Translations under genes and position numbers: made by a program
In this document: positions 24,883 through 37,672 of the stretch, one piece after another
Numbering within the stretch: position 1 is the stretch's first letter
Layout of the letters: each line of letters opens with the position of its first letter
Notes under the pieces: generated by a model
Told to the model about the DNA's origin: nothing
Seen by the model: only the letters and a program-made list of their open reading frames with translations
Databases searched by the model: none
Source: Scyliorhinus canicula
Lineage: Eukaryota
Assembly: GCF_902713615.1 (NCBI RefSeq)
Contig: NC_052162.1
Coordinates: forward strand, 38,129,990 to 38,193,989
Direction of reading: 5' to 3'
Length of the DNA stretch: 64,000 nucleotides

Positions 24883-26466
24883 ATTAGCTTTCGGGTTTTT
24901 GTTTGCATTCCATCTTATCATTGTCCATCTGAAAAAGGTAGCCATCTGAGAAGTAGCAGCTGGCAATGAGCAGAAGGAAAACTCGAATAGAATTTACACC
25001 AGTTAAAGTAATCGCTTCAACCCACCCCTCATTATCATGCAAATTAATTTAGGATCAGCTGCCCTCCTTTTTCTTGTTCCATTTTATATGCAAGCAAATT
25101 AATCATTATTCATCCACTAAATTATAGTCGGTGACTACTAATCACACTAATGTAATCCTGTGAAAGTCCTTCCTCCATAAACATACTGTGTGCAGGAAGC
25201 TGGGATGCAGTTAATCAAATAACAGAGACCCACAGCAGGGGCTGTGCAATATAGGAACACTGAAAAAAAAAGCTATAAAATACTGGTAATGGATCTGAGC
25301 AATCCATTTTTGGAATTAACGGTAATTCTTCATTGAACCAATGTGCAGCACAAGCATGGAGGTTAATGCTGTATATTCAGCAGAATAAGATAGTACAAAT
25401 GTCATTTTGAATACACTACAGGAAAGCAGCTGAAAATTTAGCCTGATCCTTTTTCCAATCCATCAGGCCAGATTAACCTATGCAAGCCAATGTGTGTACA
25501 CTGACTAATATGGACAGTAGAGGCATTTTTAACAGAACCAATTATTCAACATATTCATGAATCTGATTTTAAGCAAAGTTGAATGACACCCCCACAATTG
25601 CAGGCAATTACCAGAGGGTGTAAGCTTCATGTAACAAAGTGATGTATAGTAAACCTGAGTGAAGGCTGAATGCATAACGTATGACTGAAATTATTAACTA
25701 CTTCACGACTTGTGCGACTCAATTAGATGAGGGTTTGGATTCCCAGCCCCAGTTAAAAAGTCAGGGAAAGGCCCACCAGGGGGAATACCAGCTGCCCCAC
25801 AATTAGCGAATGGTCAATTGACTGTTAATAAACTGGAGGAAGTACTTCCAACCTTTCGGATCAGGAAGTTCCACATCAGCAAGCTGGCGACCTACAGAAG
25901 CAGCCATCTCTCCAGTACTTGGGAACGGAGGTGTGCGGTTTTGCATCAGGATTTGGGTAACTGTTTGGGGGTCATGTTGGGTCCCAAATTGGTGGGGGGT
26001 TTTCGAACCCTGGGGGATGGGTAACACCTTGGGAAGAGGCCCGCTAAAGAGGGATGCACTGCTTGTCACTCAGCTCAGGCAGGGGAACCTACTAGGATTG
26101 ATCACTTGGTGTGTGGAATATTATGCTCTCACCCATGAACATGGTGGCAGGAGGGCAGGAGGGTTATGGATCAGGATCCCGCCACCTTCCCGCCTGCACC
26201 TTGATTAAGTACGTGGCGGGTAGGCCCATGGATGGCCTTTCCACCATGCCACCAATTGAGGCCCTTCAATGGACAATCAATGACAATTTAAGGACCTCGT
26301 CCTGCTACCACCGGATTAACCAGCAGTGAATTGGGGATCGCCATGAGAGGGGCACGGCAAGAAAACATATGTGGGTTCCTTAAGGGATCCCGGGGCCTCC
26401 ATCATTCACTGGCATTCAATGTCTTATTGAAGGGACCCAGAATCAGGAGATGGGATGTGGACAGAA

Positions 26467-26514
26467 AGGGGGGGGGGGGGGGGGGGGGGGGTGTGGGGGG
26501 GGGGGGGGGGGGGG
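26467..26514. repeat. Interrupted poly-G tract
   Basis: About 47 nt of G broken by TGT. Confidence 0.9.
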
Positions 26515-27214
26515 TTGATGCTACTGAGGGGCACCCACTGTATTTTCTGCAGAACTTGTGCCTCAATTCTCCCTGGTGACCTCTATCTCACTTGCCCCAC
26601 CACTTCCACCATCATCCAGTGACGATTCTAGGCCTCATATAGGTGTCATGCTAGCAGCAGCCACTGCCTTCCCGGTAGCACTGTTGGTCTTTAATTGGTC
26701 GGCTGCTCCTGTTTATGGGGGAAAGCACAAAGTTCAGCTTAAGTTTCTGTGATCTGGTGCACTGCCAAACTAAATAGATTAGAGGCTTTAGGTTCCAGGT
26801 CAGCTATCTGCTTAGCTCAGCTTAACTACTTCCAGAAACCCTGATGTCAGGTACATTGAACTAAATGTAAAGCTCTCAGCATTGACATGAGTCAATTGAG
26901 AGGAGATTTTTTTTTTTCGCCAGAAATTTCAGAACACTGCTTCAAATGTGATTCAAACTGGCAACAGAAAAATTTTGTGTCGGATGTCAACAAATTGTCT
27001 TCATGCACATCATAATCGATGATGGGAGTCGACTTCCTAGGTATTGGAAGGGATGTGCAAACCTTAAGCGTTGTTAGATATTATGATGGACGAACGTGGG
27101 TTTTCTATTACGGTTTGAATCACTTGTCTCATCTGCATTGACCTTGCTATCTCAGCCGGAGCAGCAACTGAGTGCTCCAATTCCCCTTGGAAACTTTGAA
27201 CTCGAAGAGGAAAA

Positions 27215-27892
27215 GGGGTGCACATCACCAAAAATCTATCCTGGTCCACTCATGTCGACGCACAACAGCGCCTTTACTTCCTCAGGAAACTAAGGAAATT
27301 TGGCATGTCCACATTAACCCTTACCAACTTTTACAGATGCACTATAGAGAGCATCCTCTCGGGCTGCATCACAGCCTGGTATGGCAACTGCTCGGCCCAG
27401 GACCGCAAGGAACTTCAGAGAGTCGTGAATACCGCCCAGTCCATCACACGAACCTGCCTCCCATCCATCGATTCCATCTACACCTCCCGCTGCCGGGGGA
27501 AAGCAGGCAGCATAATCAAGGATCCCTCCCACCCGGCTTACTCACTTTTCCAACTTCTTCCATCGGGCAGGAGATTCAGAAGTCTGAGAACACGGACGAA
27601 CAGACTCAAAAACAGCTTCTTCCCCACTGTCACCAGACTCCTAAACGACCCTTTTATGGACTGTCCTCATTAATACTACACCCTGTCTGCTTCATCCGAT
27701 GCCAATGCTTATGTAGTTACATTGTATATATTGTGTAGCCCTATTATGTATTCTCATGTACTTTCTTGAATTCTGTTCAATTCCCTTTCTTCCAATGTAC
27801 TGAATGATCTGTTGAGCTGCTTGCAGAAAAATACTTTTCACTGTACCTCGGTACACGTGGCAATAAACAAATCCAATCCAATCCAATCCAAT
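27215..27892 (+). mobile_element. 5'-truncated Rex1/Babar-like LINE, young
   Basis: Open ORF 27218-27673 AQQRLYFLRKL...FYRCTIESIL.GCITAWYG (DUF1891-type C-terminus); (AATCC)n tail. Confidence 0.85.
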
Positions 27893-27894
27893 GA

Positions 27895-29125
27895 CCGAGA
27901 ATTTCCCCTGTAACCAGAGCTACAAAATATTACGGTGACAACTGGATCAGACTGGACTTGGATGTGCTCCGCAGTCAATAGGCTGCCAACAGCTAAGGAC
28001 TGATCCAGTTATGGTCCTGGTCTATCTAGCACAACAAATATATCAGGCAATTAAGTCAACAAATGGTGCAATTTGAAACTGCAGCAGAAACAAATTCACA
28101 TTCAGTTACAATAAATGTTCAGCTCCCTGGGAAATTGCTGCTATGATAACTTTAATTTGAAGTTTCTCTAATCCAAATGATTTGCTGGCTTCTCAGCCTT
28201 TTCAATCCATGCACTTGACCTAAAAGAGATTGTATCTTTTCCAGAGAGGCTTGCAATCGTCAAACTGCACCTTGAACTGAAATTCATGCCATTCAGAGTG
28301 CGATTAGGGAGAATTAGTCTGTATTCAGACGGAGATTGGTGTTCATTGACAAGAGACATCAGTTTTCATTGATCTATTAAGTCCAACCCCATGGGTCTTT
28401 AGCCCATAGACAATAGAGCATTTGTAGAGATTTTCACAATATGTAGCTTGTGATCTCCCTACCGATCACAGGATGAGTTAAAACATTTTTGAAATTTACC
28501 TAGCTTTCCAAATTTATAATTCTGACTTCATGTTGATTAACATCCTTTCAAACATTCTTCACAGCTGCATGATTCACATACACACCATCACACCCACTAT
28601 AAGCTGCTTGTAGACATTTGGATATAACTGCATATCATACTGACAATTAGAACTTCCCACTTCTTCAATCGGTTTACAGGAGAGGACAGGAGATGGAGAA
28701 CACAAACATCAGGAGGATACAAATTATTTGTTCTCAAACCCAATATAATAAAAGTGCTGATCTACAAATCCTAGCTTGGATGACCATAGGGTCTTCTGAT
28801 CAGAGAAAAGTAGGATATCTATTACCTCAGACCTTGTAACAGTTTCCTTCAATTCTTCCTAGTTTCTCACTCATTCACTGGCACCAAGACATTTCCAGAT
28901 TACTTTATTGTGTTATTCCTTGTCGTGGAATCTATGTAAAAGCTTCCCATGAGAGCACTGTAACTGTTCCCTACTTTTCAAGGTGCACCAGCAAACCTCT
29001 CACCTTGTTCCATGCCATTGGGCATTCCAGCACATTATGGCACGTCAACACTCATTCTATTATCTCTCCAAACTGTTGTAGTTAGTACAATAGTGTGAAT
29101 GCGCAAGTCACTCATGAGGGATGAG
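27895..29125 (-). pseudogene. Fossil coding region, unidentified
   Basis: EELKETVTRSEVIDILLFSDQKTLWSSKLGFVD; ISKCLQAAYSGCDGVYVNHAAVKNV; ORF 28168-28359. Confidence 0.35.
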
Positions 29126-29194
29126 GTAAACAGGTTAGGGTTCCTTTATTTATTTATTTTAAAAAAAATTTTAGAGTATCCAATACACCTCATT

Positions 29195-30263
29195 ATTCAG
29201 ATTGTGCACCTGGCGGAAGAAATATGTCACCTTCTAGAAGGGGGCACAACGCAACGATATCGCTGCAGGGTCTGAAGGGGGAGGCTGCTATATGGATGCA
29301 GAGTCCCATCGCAGCTTCAAGCAGGGGAAGTGTCTTTGCTTCCTTCTCCAGATTCTTAGACAGACTGTAGACATACACTGCTATTTGTTTCAAACTTGTT
29401 TGTTAGTACTACAGCTAAACACATTGTATATTTTGCTCATGGGAATTATTCTAATCACTCCCTCTCTCAAGAGTCAAACACAGGACTGATAGATGTCAGT
29501 AGTGCAGCCTGCCCACCCTCCCTGAGCAGGAGACTCAGAATTGCAGCAGTGACCCAGTGCATCATTTTGTTCCAGAACAAGCCAAAGACCATCTTCTGAA
29601 TTTTTAAGACAAGCTTCAGGGGAGGGGTCAATGAACTCTGTCGATTATTCTTTTGTCTACTGTATGTACTGTGTATGTTCCCTTGGCCGCAGAAAAATAC
29701 TTTTCACTCTACTTCGGTACATGTGGCAATAAATATCAATCAATCAATCAATGCGCTTGGCTGGGACAGTAGAGGACTGGCCAGGGTGGATTCTGTGGTC
29801 CAACATAAGGCCAAGGCGTGAAGCCATCGCCCAAGAAAGATTTGTACCCAGTGCTGATGTGGAAGATCAGGCACCAGTTTTTAAGGAGATAGAGATCCCC
29901 TCTCTTAGGCAGCAGAGCAATAACTGCCTTGTGCCACAAACGGGCACCTCCTGGTGACGATACTCTTCCCCACGACCTTCATGTGACCCACAGTTGCATA
30001 CAGACCTCCTGCATCTGTTCCAGTGAATAGAAAAAGGGTAAGTCCAGGTCCTTGAGGATCCAGATCCACGACCTCAGGTATGCGCCTTCTGACCCAACCA
30101 GGTTCCTCAGTACGCTCTTCAGGGTCAAGTCATCATTGGGCTGACCAAGCTGTAACTCCACATTGAGCATCTCCCTCTTCAACTCCTCAATCCTTGATTT
30201 ACGCATCTTTGTTGACCTCTTTGTGTACTCTTGACAGAACACTCAGATGTAAGTCTTGCCTAC
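29195..30263 (-). mobile_element. Tx1/L1-like LINE ORF2 fragments
   Basis: FCQEYTK.ST, VIALLPKRGDL..LKNW, LQTLQRY...TYFFRQV; also holds a Rex-type tail with (AATC)n at 29650-29752. Confidence 0.7.
29303..29508. repeat. 206-bp exact direct repeat, copy 1
   Basis: Identical to 30264-30469. Confidence 0.97.
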
Positions 30264-30469
30264 GTCCCATCGCAGCTTCAAGCAGGGGAAGTGTCTTTGC
30301 TTCCTTCTCCAGATTCTTAGACAGACTGTAGACATACACTGCTATTTGTTTCAAACTTGTTTGTTAGTACTACAGCTAAACACATTGTATATTTTGCTCA
30401 TGGGAATTATTCTAATCACTCCCTCTCTCAAGAGTCAAACACAGGACTGATAGATGTCAGTAGTGCAGC
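30264..30469. repeat. 206-bp exact direct repeat, copy 2
   Basis: Identical to 29303-29508. Confidence 0.97.
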
Positions 30470-30509
30470 ACCATCAGAGTCACATTAGCACATTCAATTT
30501 AGCATTCAT

Positions 30510-30905
30510 TTTTATGGTATGTGGACTTTGCAGGTTAGGCTAGCATCCTTAATTGCCCTGGAGAAGGTGGTGGTGAGCTGCCGTCTTGAACTGCTGCAAT
30601 CCATGTGGTGTGGGTACAACCACTGAGCTATTAGGGAGGGAGTTTCAGGGGTTTGACCCAACGGCAGTGAAGGAATGGCTATATAGTACCAAGCCCGGAT
30701 GGTGAGTGACTTAGCAGGAACTTCCAGGTGGTGGTGTTCCCATGTATCTGCTGATCTTGTCTTTCCAGATGGTAGTTGTCGTAGTTTTAGAAGGTGCTAC
30801 CTAAGGAATCTTGGAGAGTTCCTGCAGTGCATCTTGTAGATGATATACATTGCTACTACTGTGTATAGGTGCTGGTGCTGGAGGGAATGAATGCTTGTGA
30901 AAAGG
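30510..30905 (-). mobile_element. 3' end of a CR1/L2-group LINE
   Basis: Similar to 7372-7990. Confidence 0.8.
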
Positions 30906-32189
30906 GTGCGAAACAAACAGGGTGCATTGTCCAGTCACACAACACCCCCCCCCCCCCCCCCACATGTATACTGTCTGAAATTTTAACAACATCGTAGAAC
31001 AATTTTCTTGAACTATTTACATTGCTGCAAAAGTGCTGGATTCTAATAACTGGCAACAAAGGACTGAGAATAGCAATGATTTATTCATTTTTCTCAGCAG
31101 CTCTACATGGTTGCATTATGTCTGCACTGTGGCGAGAATTCCAATGCTCGTCACATGACTCTTAGAATAGCTGCATCGTCACTTCATCACATGACCACTC
31201 TGCCTACAAGTGCATTTCTGAAACTCCCTTTTTACAACCACAGATTCCACCCCATTCCAGCTCACTCCCCAATTCAATCCTAATGGACTCAACCTCCCTC
31301 AGTATTCTCCACCCTTAAGGATATAGCTTTCTTCTGCACTGGTAACACATCATCATCTGCAGACTAGGACAACACTTTAGAATCACTGCTGTCAGCATTG
31401 CTGTTGAGTGTATGTTGCAGAATGACTGAATTGCATGGACAACAAAGGCCTTTCAACAAGAGCCTGATCCAAGAGAGAAGATTGAAGAGAATTGAGTTTT
31501 GGACCCTCTGGAACGAGAAGAGAACTCAGGGCAGTCTGAGGAATTGTTGCTTCCTCAAAGGGCTTTGGAAAGTAGTTTCAAAAGAGAAATGATTTCAACT
31601 CCAGGCAGGAACATCTACTTTCTGTAGGCAGTGGTGAGAGAACCAAACTTCTCTCTCTGTGACACCAGGTACCCCCAGCCTGATCATGTGCGTGCAAAAA
31701 ATGGCAGGTTGGCACTGCCAACCTGGCACCCTGGCAGTATCTACACCAGCTGGCACTGCCAAATTGCCAGGCAGGCATTGACAGGCAGCCCAGATGGCAC
31801 CAGCACACCCTGCCCAAAGGCCATGCAATTGGGGGCCTCCGATCCCCTGGAAGACCCCCACAAGTGCCGTCAAATGGGGACCAGTGCTGAACGGCACTCT
31901 CCCAAGATCTCCAAGTCAAAGGGGATAAATTCCAAAGCCTCAGGTATCTCGGGAATGTGCATTTTAGAGTGAGGCTAATTGCCTCGCTCTAAAATGCAGA
32001 TTTGCCAAAACCTTCTCCCACCGGGACATGATTTACATCGCAACATCTTGCAAGATTGCGTTGGATCTCACAAGGCGTGGCGAGCTGGATAGATCCCAGG
32101 AGTGGGGTCTCCCGACTTTCAATGGCCATACTGTTTTTCTGGCGCAGTATACCCGTTGGATTATGTCCAGTGTAAAAACAAACAGTGAA

Positions 32190-32792
32190 TTTAAACTCAC
32201 CTGTGTAATACAACTGCTGGCTCAGGCAGAGGAAGCAACATCTGTCAATTCCTCGACATAGAAAACTATTCAGCTGGGTTTAAACCCCCACCCACTGATC
32301 TTTGATCTGCAAGCCTTTCATTCATTTTTTTCTTTGATATTGACTTTACTGGGCTGTGATTGACAGCTTTGACACACACACCCAGCTGTCTGCATTGTAT
32401 ATTTCAACTTCCTCCACATCTAACTAACCAGTTAAGTTCTCTCACTTCCTCCTTTTCTCTGCAGAAAGCACTTATTTGTCTTTGATGTAGTCCAGGAGCT
32501 GTCACAAATGGCTCCATGTTTATAAAACATTGTGGTTAGTTTCACAGCTGATACTTGAAAGACACTCAAGTATGAAGCGGGGTGAAGTAAATAATGCAGA
32601 CAGCTGGATATGTGTGGAAGTTGTCAATCACGGCCTAGTTAAAGTAATTTAAAAAGGATATGAATGAATGGATTCCAGATCAAAGGTCTGAGGAAGTTTA
32701 AATCCAGTTGAATGGTTTACTCTTTCCAAGAATTGACAGGTTCGGCATCTTGTGTCTGAGCCAGCAGGTGTATTGCGCAGATGAGTTTTAAA
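32190..32792. repeat. Long imperfect inverted repeat (old foldback MITE)
   Basis: 32190-32420 matches the reverse complement of about 32570-32792 (e.g. CTGCTGGCTCAG, CTGTCAATTC, CCAGCTGTCTGCATT). Confidence 0.85.
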
Positions 32793-32829
32793 GCAGTAAT
32801 ATTTTCCACTATCTCTGTCTCGCTTCAAG

Positions 32830-33225
32830 GCAGGGGTCTCGCATATGGTGACTTCTAGGCAGGAGTCTCTTTTATGGGGGCTTCCAGGCAGGAGTCGCTT
32901 TTATGGGGACTTCCAGCAGGCGCCTCTTTTAGGGGGGCTTCCAGGCAGGGGCCTCTTTTGCAGGGGGGGGGGGGGGGGCTTCCAGGCAGGGGCCTCTTTT
33001 GCGGGGGGGGGGGGGGGGGGGGGCTTCCAGGCAGGGGCCTCTTTTAGGGGGGCTTCCAGACAAGGGATTCTTTTATGGGGGCTTCCAGACAGGGGTCTTC
33101 CTTATGGGGCTTCCAGGCAGGGGTCTTGCATTTGGAAACTTCCAGACAGGAGTCTCTCTTACGGGGGGACTTTGAGCCAGGGCTATCTCATATAGGGGTG
33201 TTTCCAGGCAGTGGTCTCTCTGATG
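32830..33225. repeat. About 28-bp G-rich minisatellite, roughly 13 units
   Basis: Unit GGGGCTTCCAGGCAGGGGYCTCTTTTAT with variable G-runs. Confidence 0.88.
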
Positions 33226-34980
33226 AGTCTCTGGTGGGATCTCTGTAAATGTGGGGTCTCTGGTGAGGGGTCTCTGTAATTGGGTGTATCTGGCGAGTTT
33301 CTCTCTCATTGGAGTGGTCTCTGCTGGGGGGGGTACGATGGGGGGCCTGGTGGGGGCAGGGTCAGCAGAATTTGCATTGTGGGGAGGGAGGGTGGCTCTC
33401 CGATGGACTTTGGGGGCATCTCCCTGAAAGAGTTACATCGTGAGGTCCATCGCATCTGGGTTACACTTGTAAATAACTACATTAATTCTCACCCACATGA
33501 ACACCAGCCAGAGGCCCAGAGAATCACGCGGGCTTGGCGAATATGGTGCTTGGCTCGCTAATAGGGTGCAAACGGATTTAAATAACCCATAAGAAACCTC
33601 CCGCTGGCTTGGAGGGTGGGGGTACCTCAATGCCATCGCCAGCGGGAGAACAGAGCATCCGAACAGGGCGCCAATTCCGTTTTTGCCTGACACTGGATTC
33701 TCTATCGCATCTGGAACTCCTCTGCCAGCGACAGGAGGTAGAAAATCCAACCCCTGAAAGAACAAAAGTGTTCATAAGGTGCATCTGTTTGGACAGATAA
33801 TCGAATAGCGGAGGAAAATCGTGATCGACGTCGGGTGTTAACCCAATGGCAATGCTCCAAATCCCCACTGGTGGTGGGAGTGAGTTACACTACGGCGTGC
33901 CAACGGGAGGATGTAAATTAATGCAAATGGGTGTAATTTTCCGGCCCTCTGTGATACTCTGGTCCCCGGGGCCAGGAATCATTTGGACTCGGATCACTTG
34001 CATGGCGCTGGTGTGGTGGATCTCATGGTGGGCCAAGAGGGTAACTGCTTCAGGGAGTTATCCCCACACTTATCCATCCGGGGACCAACCCCCTTCACAC
34101 ACACACACAATGCACTGCCTGCCCTCCATTCCTCTACCAGATCCCCGTTACCCCTCCTCTCCCTCCCTCAGGAACCCAGTAATACGGAGACAGCCCCGAG
34201 GGACCCCTGTAATAGCCCTCACCCCCCCCCCCCCCCACCAGAGGAGCCCTGTAATAGGAGGGCACTCCCAGGGACACCTGTAATAGGGAGCCCCACCCCA
34301 CCCCCAGAGACCTCAATAATATCGAGACCCTCCCTCCCACCCCCAGGGACTCCCTGACTAAAGCAACAATGTTTGTGTCCATTGGCGATTCACCACTTGT
34401 TGGCACTGATGCAAGAAGGCAGATGAATGAGTCACGGCTGCCGTTTTTATGGAAACTTTTAATCACAGCCCATTACAAAAACATAATAAATGGCTTGCAG
34501 CTAATGGATCTGTGGGTGTAGGCGCAGGTTACAGCTTCTCTTCTTCCAGGAATGGAGACATGAAGCTTCCAGGTAAATGTTACAACTGTAATTATTTTCA
34601 CTGCCCCTGTCTGAACAGCTGGGGCTTCCCGGTGGGGGGGGGGGGGGGGGGGGGGGGGGGCAACGGGGGTGCGTCCATCTCCCTCTGAAAGAATGACCCC
34701 ACAAGTGTGGGTCGAACTGCCCGATTTCACCGCTGGGGGAGGGGGCACATCCAGACAATCTGAGTGTGGGTGGTGCTTTCCGATGGGGAGTGGGCATGGT
34801 TAACCACGTGACTTTGCCATCGGGTCGCCCGAACAATAATTGTGGCCCGATAGCATGATTCCTTCAGGAATTCCACAGCATGCATAAATTTGCATGGCAT
34901 GAGATATGGAATTGCTGTCTGATTTGTGCTCCCAGGGCGATCGATAATCGACTGCAATTCACTTCAGGTGGGAGAACATA

Positions 34981-35812
34981 GGGCTGAATTCTCCAATTTT
35001 GAGGCAATGTCCAAAGCATGTGTCTGGTCTTACGACCAAAAAGTCGGCGGCGCCCCCCCACCGTGCTCCGCCCAGTGGGGGACTAGCAACCATGCCATGT
35101 AAAGCCCCGGCTTTGCCTGCATATACCTGCATATACGGATGGAGAATTGTCGGGTCTGTGGCCGCGGATGGTCATGGCGGCGTCCTGCAGCGGCCGTGCC
35201 GTACAACATGGTACCGGCCGCGTGCAGACCTGGCCTGCCAGATAGTGTCCCCCTGTAAGCCCTCTCGCCACTACCAGACCCACCAAAGTCTCCATAGCCA
35301 GCAGAACGGCTCCCCCCCCCCCCCCCCCCCCCCCGGCAGCCCGCGACTATAGCGGCGCTGGACACAGTCCGCGGCACAGTCTCTTCTCCGCGACAGAGCC
35401 CTACAGGGGTTGGCGCGGGAGGAAGAAGTGCCCCCACGGAACAGGCCCGCCTGCAGATCGGTCGGCCCCGATCGTGGGCCAGGCCACTGTGGGGGCTCCC
35501 CCCGAGGTCGGATCCTCCCACACCTCCCTGAGGACCACCCCGCCAACTTACCGGCCAGGTCCTGCCAATGTCAGAGGTGAGTGATTCACGGCGGCGGGTC
35601 TGGCCAAAAACGGACGGGCGCTCGGCCCATCGGGGCCCGGAGAATTGCTGGGAGGGCCGCTGCCAACGGCCACCGACCGGCGTGGCGTGAATTCCGCCCC
35701 CGCCGGAAAAACAGCAGCAGAGAATACGGCAGCCTGCGTTAAGGCGGCGGGGCAGGATTCGCACCACCCCCTGGGGATTCTCCGACCCGACGGTGGGTCG
35801 GAGCACCCCGCC
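34981..35812. mobile_element. GC-rich TIR MITE (possibly chimeric)
   Basis: GGGCTGAATTCTCC...GGAGCACCCCGCCC termini; core similar to 24189 and 47410 elements. Confidence 0.7.
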
Positions 35813-35814
35813 CA

Positions 35815-36295
35815 AGGACTGACTGCTGACTGTCTAAACTTTATCAGCTTCTGAAAGCTGAATTTCCACTACTTCTAAACAAAAAGTTGAAAGACAAGTG
35901 GTCATTCAAATGACGAGCACCATCTGTTTCTTTCTCGATTCCTAGAAGCATGCCAAGATTGCCACTCCATAGGGATGTATGTTGACTGTGAAGAACATAG
36001 AGAGAATCAATGATATGTCACCTCTAATCGGTAAGAGGAAAATAATCTTGCCTTTGATTGAAAGGACTTTGCCACCTGAATCATGTACTTGGTGTCTGAT
36101 GGATGAAGGGTCATTGGCTGAAGCAATTCAAGGTCATCTGCTAATATGTTAACAGCAGCTCGAGCATAAAGCACCTCAAAGGCGTTGTAGCTTTTGAGTT
36201 TCCCAAATCTTTGCTTGGTTTGCCAGACTTTTGTACGGGCGGTGCAACTACCCTTGGACTTACCCAATCTACAAAGTCGTAGAGTTGCCATAACT
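35815..36295 (-). pseudogene. Fossil coding region, unidentified
   Basis: 94-aa ORF 36007-36291 (FGKLKSYNAFEVLYARAAVNILADDLELLQP...), then IIDSLYVLHSQHTSLWSGNLGMLLGIEKE in another frame. Confidence 0.45.
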
Positions 36296-36299
36296 ATAT

Positions 36300-37350
36300 G
36301 AACGTAAGACAGAGGAGCAGAAGTAGGCTATTCAGCCCAGTATATTTTTCCTTAGTTAAGGAGACCAAAACCGTTCACAGTACTCCAGGTGGCTTGTATA
36401 GTCCATTCCCTCTGAAATAAAGGCCGACATTCTATTTTCTTTCCTATTACTTGCTGAATTTGCATTTTAGCTTTTTGAGATTTATATTCAAGGGCCCTCA
36501 AATCCCTCTATGCATTCTGCTGTTGTTCACCATTTACATAATATTCAGCTCTTTTATTCTTCCTACCAAAGTACATAACTTCACACTTTCCTACATTATA
36601 TTCGATCTGACAATATCCTACCACTTTTTGTGTCATCCGCAAATATGGGCAACAGTACATTTACTTATCTTCTCCATTACTATATGTTGCCATAAAGGTG
36701 GCTCCAGGACTGATCCCTGTGACATTCCAAAGATGGCAGGTTGGTTGAATTGGCCATGATAAATTGCCCTTAGTGTCCAAAATTCTATGATTAACCTAGG
36801 ATAAAGGTTTGGCACAACGGCCGAAGGGCCTGTTCTGTGCTGTATTTCTCTAATTCACTCCACAAGTTACAGTTTTCAATCTTGACAATGTCCCTCTTAT
36901 CCGATCTCTCTGTCTTCTATTAGTTACTTAATCCTCTATCCGTGTTAACATGAAACATGAACAGCATGGGCTCTTATCTTCTTAAGTAGCCTATTGTATT
37001 GTGCATTTATGAAGGTTTATTTGAAATCCAAATACATTACATCTACTACTTCCCCTTTATCTATCCTGCTCATTACCACCTCAAAGAATTCCAAGAAATT
37101 TGTAGGGATAATTTCCCCTTTCTAAAGCCATGCTGACTCTGCTTGATTATATTATGTGTTTCTAAATGCTCTGCTTTTACATCCTTTATAATAGACTCTA
37201 ATATTTTTTCAATGACAGATATCAAGCTAACTGGTCTGTAGTTACCTGTTTTTGTCGTTCTCCCCATTTTGAATAAGGATGTTATATCGGCAGTTTTCCA
37301 ATTCTCTGAGGCTTTTACAGAATTGAAGCATTCTTAGAAATTACATTCAC
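36300..37350 (-). mobile_element. Degraded CR1 RT and 3' fragment
   Basis: GNYRPVSL.SV..KILESII, QHGF.KG. Confidence 0.8.
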
Positions 37351-37480
37351 TGGGCGGGATTCTCCACTACCCGGCGTGACGGGGGGTCCCGGCATAGGGG
37401 AGTGGCGCCAACCACTCCGGGGTCGGGCCTCCCCAAAGGTGGGGAATTCTCCGCACCTTTGGGGGCTAGCCCTAGCCCTG

Positions 37481-37672
37481 GGGCTGGTTTAGCTCACTGG
37501 GCTAAATCGCTGGCTTTTAAAGCAGACCAAGCAGGCCAGCAGCACGGTTCGATTCCCGTACCAGCCTCCCCGGACAGGCGCTGGAATGTGCCGACTAGGG
37601 GCTTTTCACAGTAACTTCATTGAAGCCTACTCGTGACAATCAGCGATTTTCATTTTCATTTCATTTTTCATT
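37481..37672 (+). mobile_element. Short tRNA-derived SINE with (TTTCA)n tail
   Basis: A box TAGCTCACTGG, B box GGTTCGATTCC; near-identical to 46251-46443. Confidence 0.88.

Noticed and set aside
28985-29045. KDZ-transposase-like (CH...M..GE) or Roco COR-like reading
   Set aside because: Needs a frameshift or a very loose match, and no further family motifs follow
32830-33225. CRISPR-like periodicity
   Set aside because: Head-to-tail units without unique spacers, eukaryotic context and no cas genes
35030-35815. 261-aa ORF and similar ORFs at 24187-24966 and 47406-48017
   Set aside because: Inside GC-rich MITEs, low-complexity, with no recognisable domain
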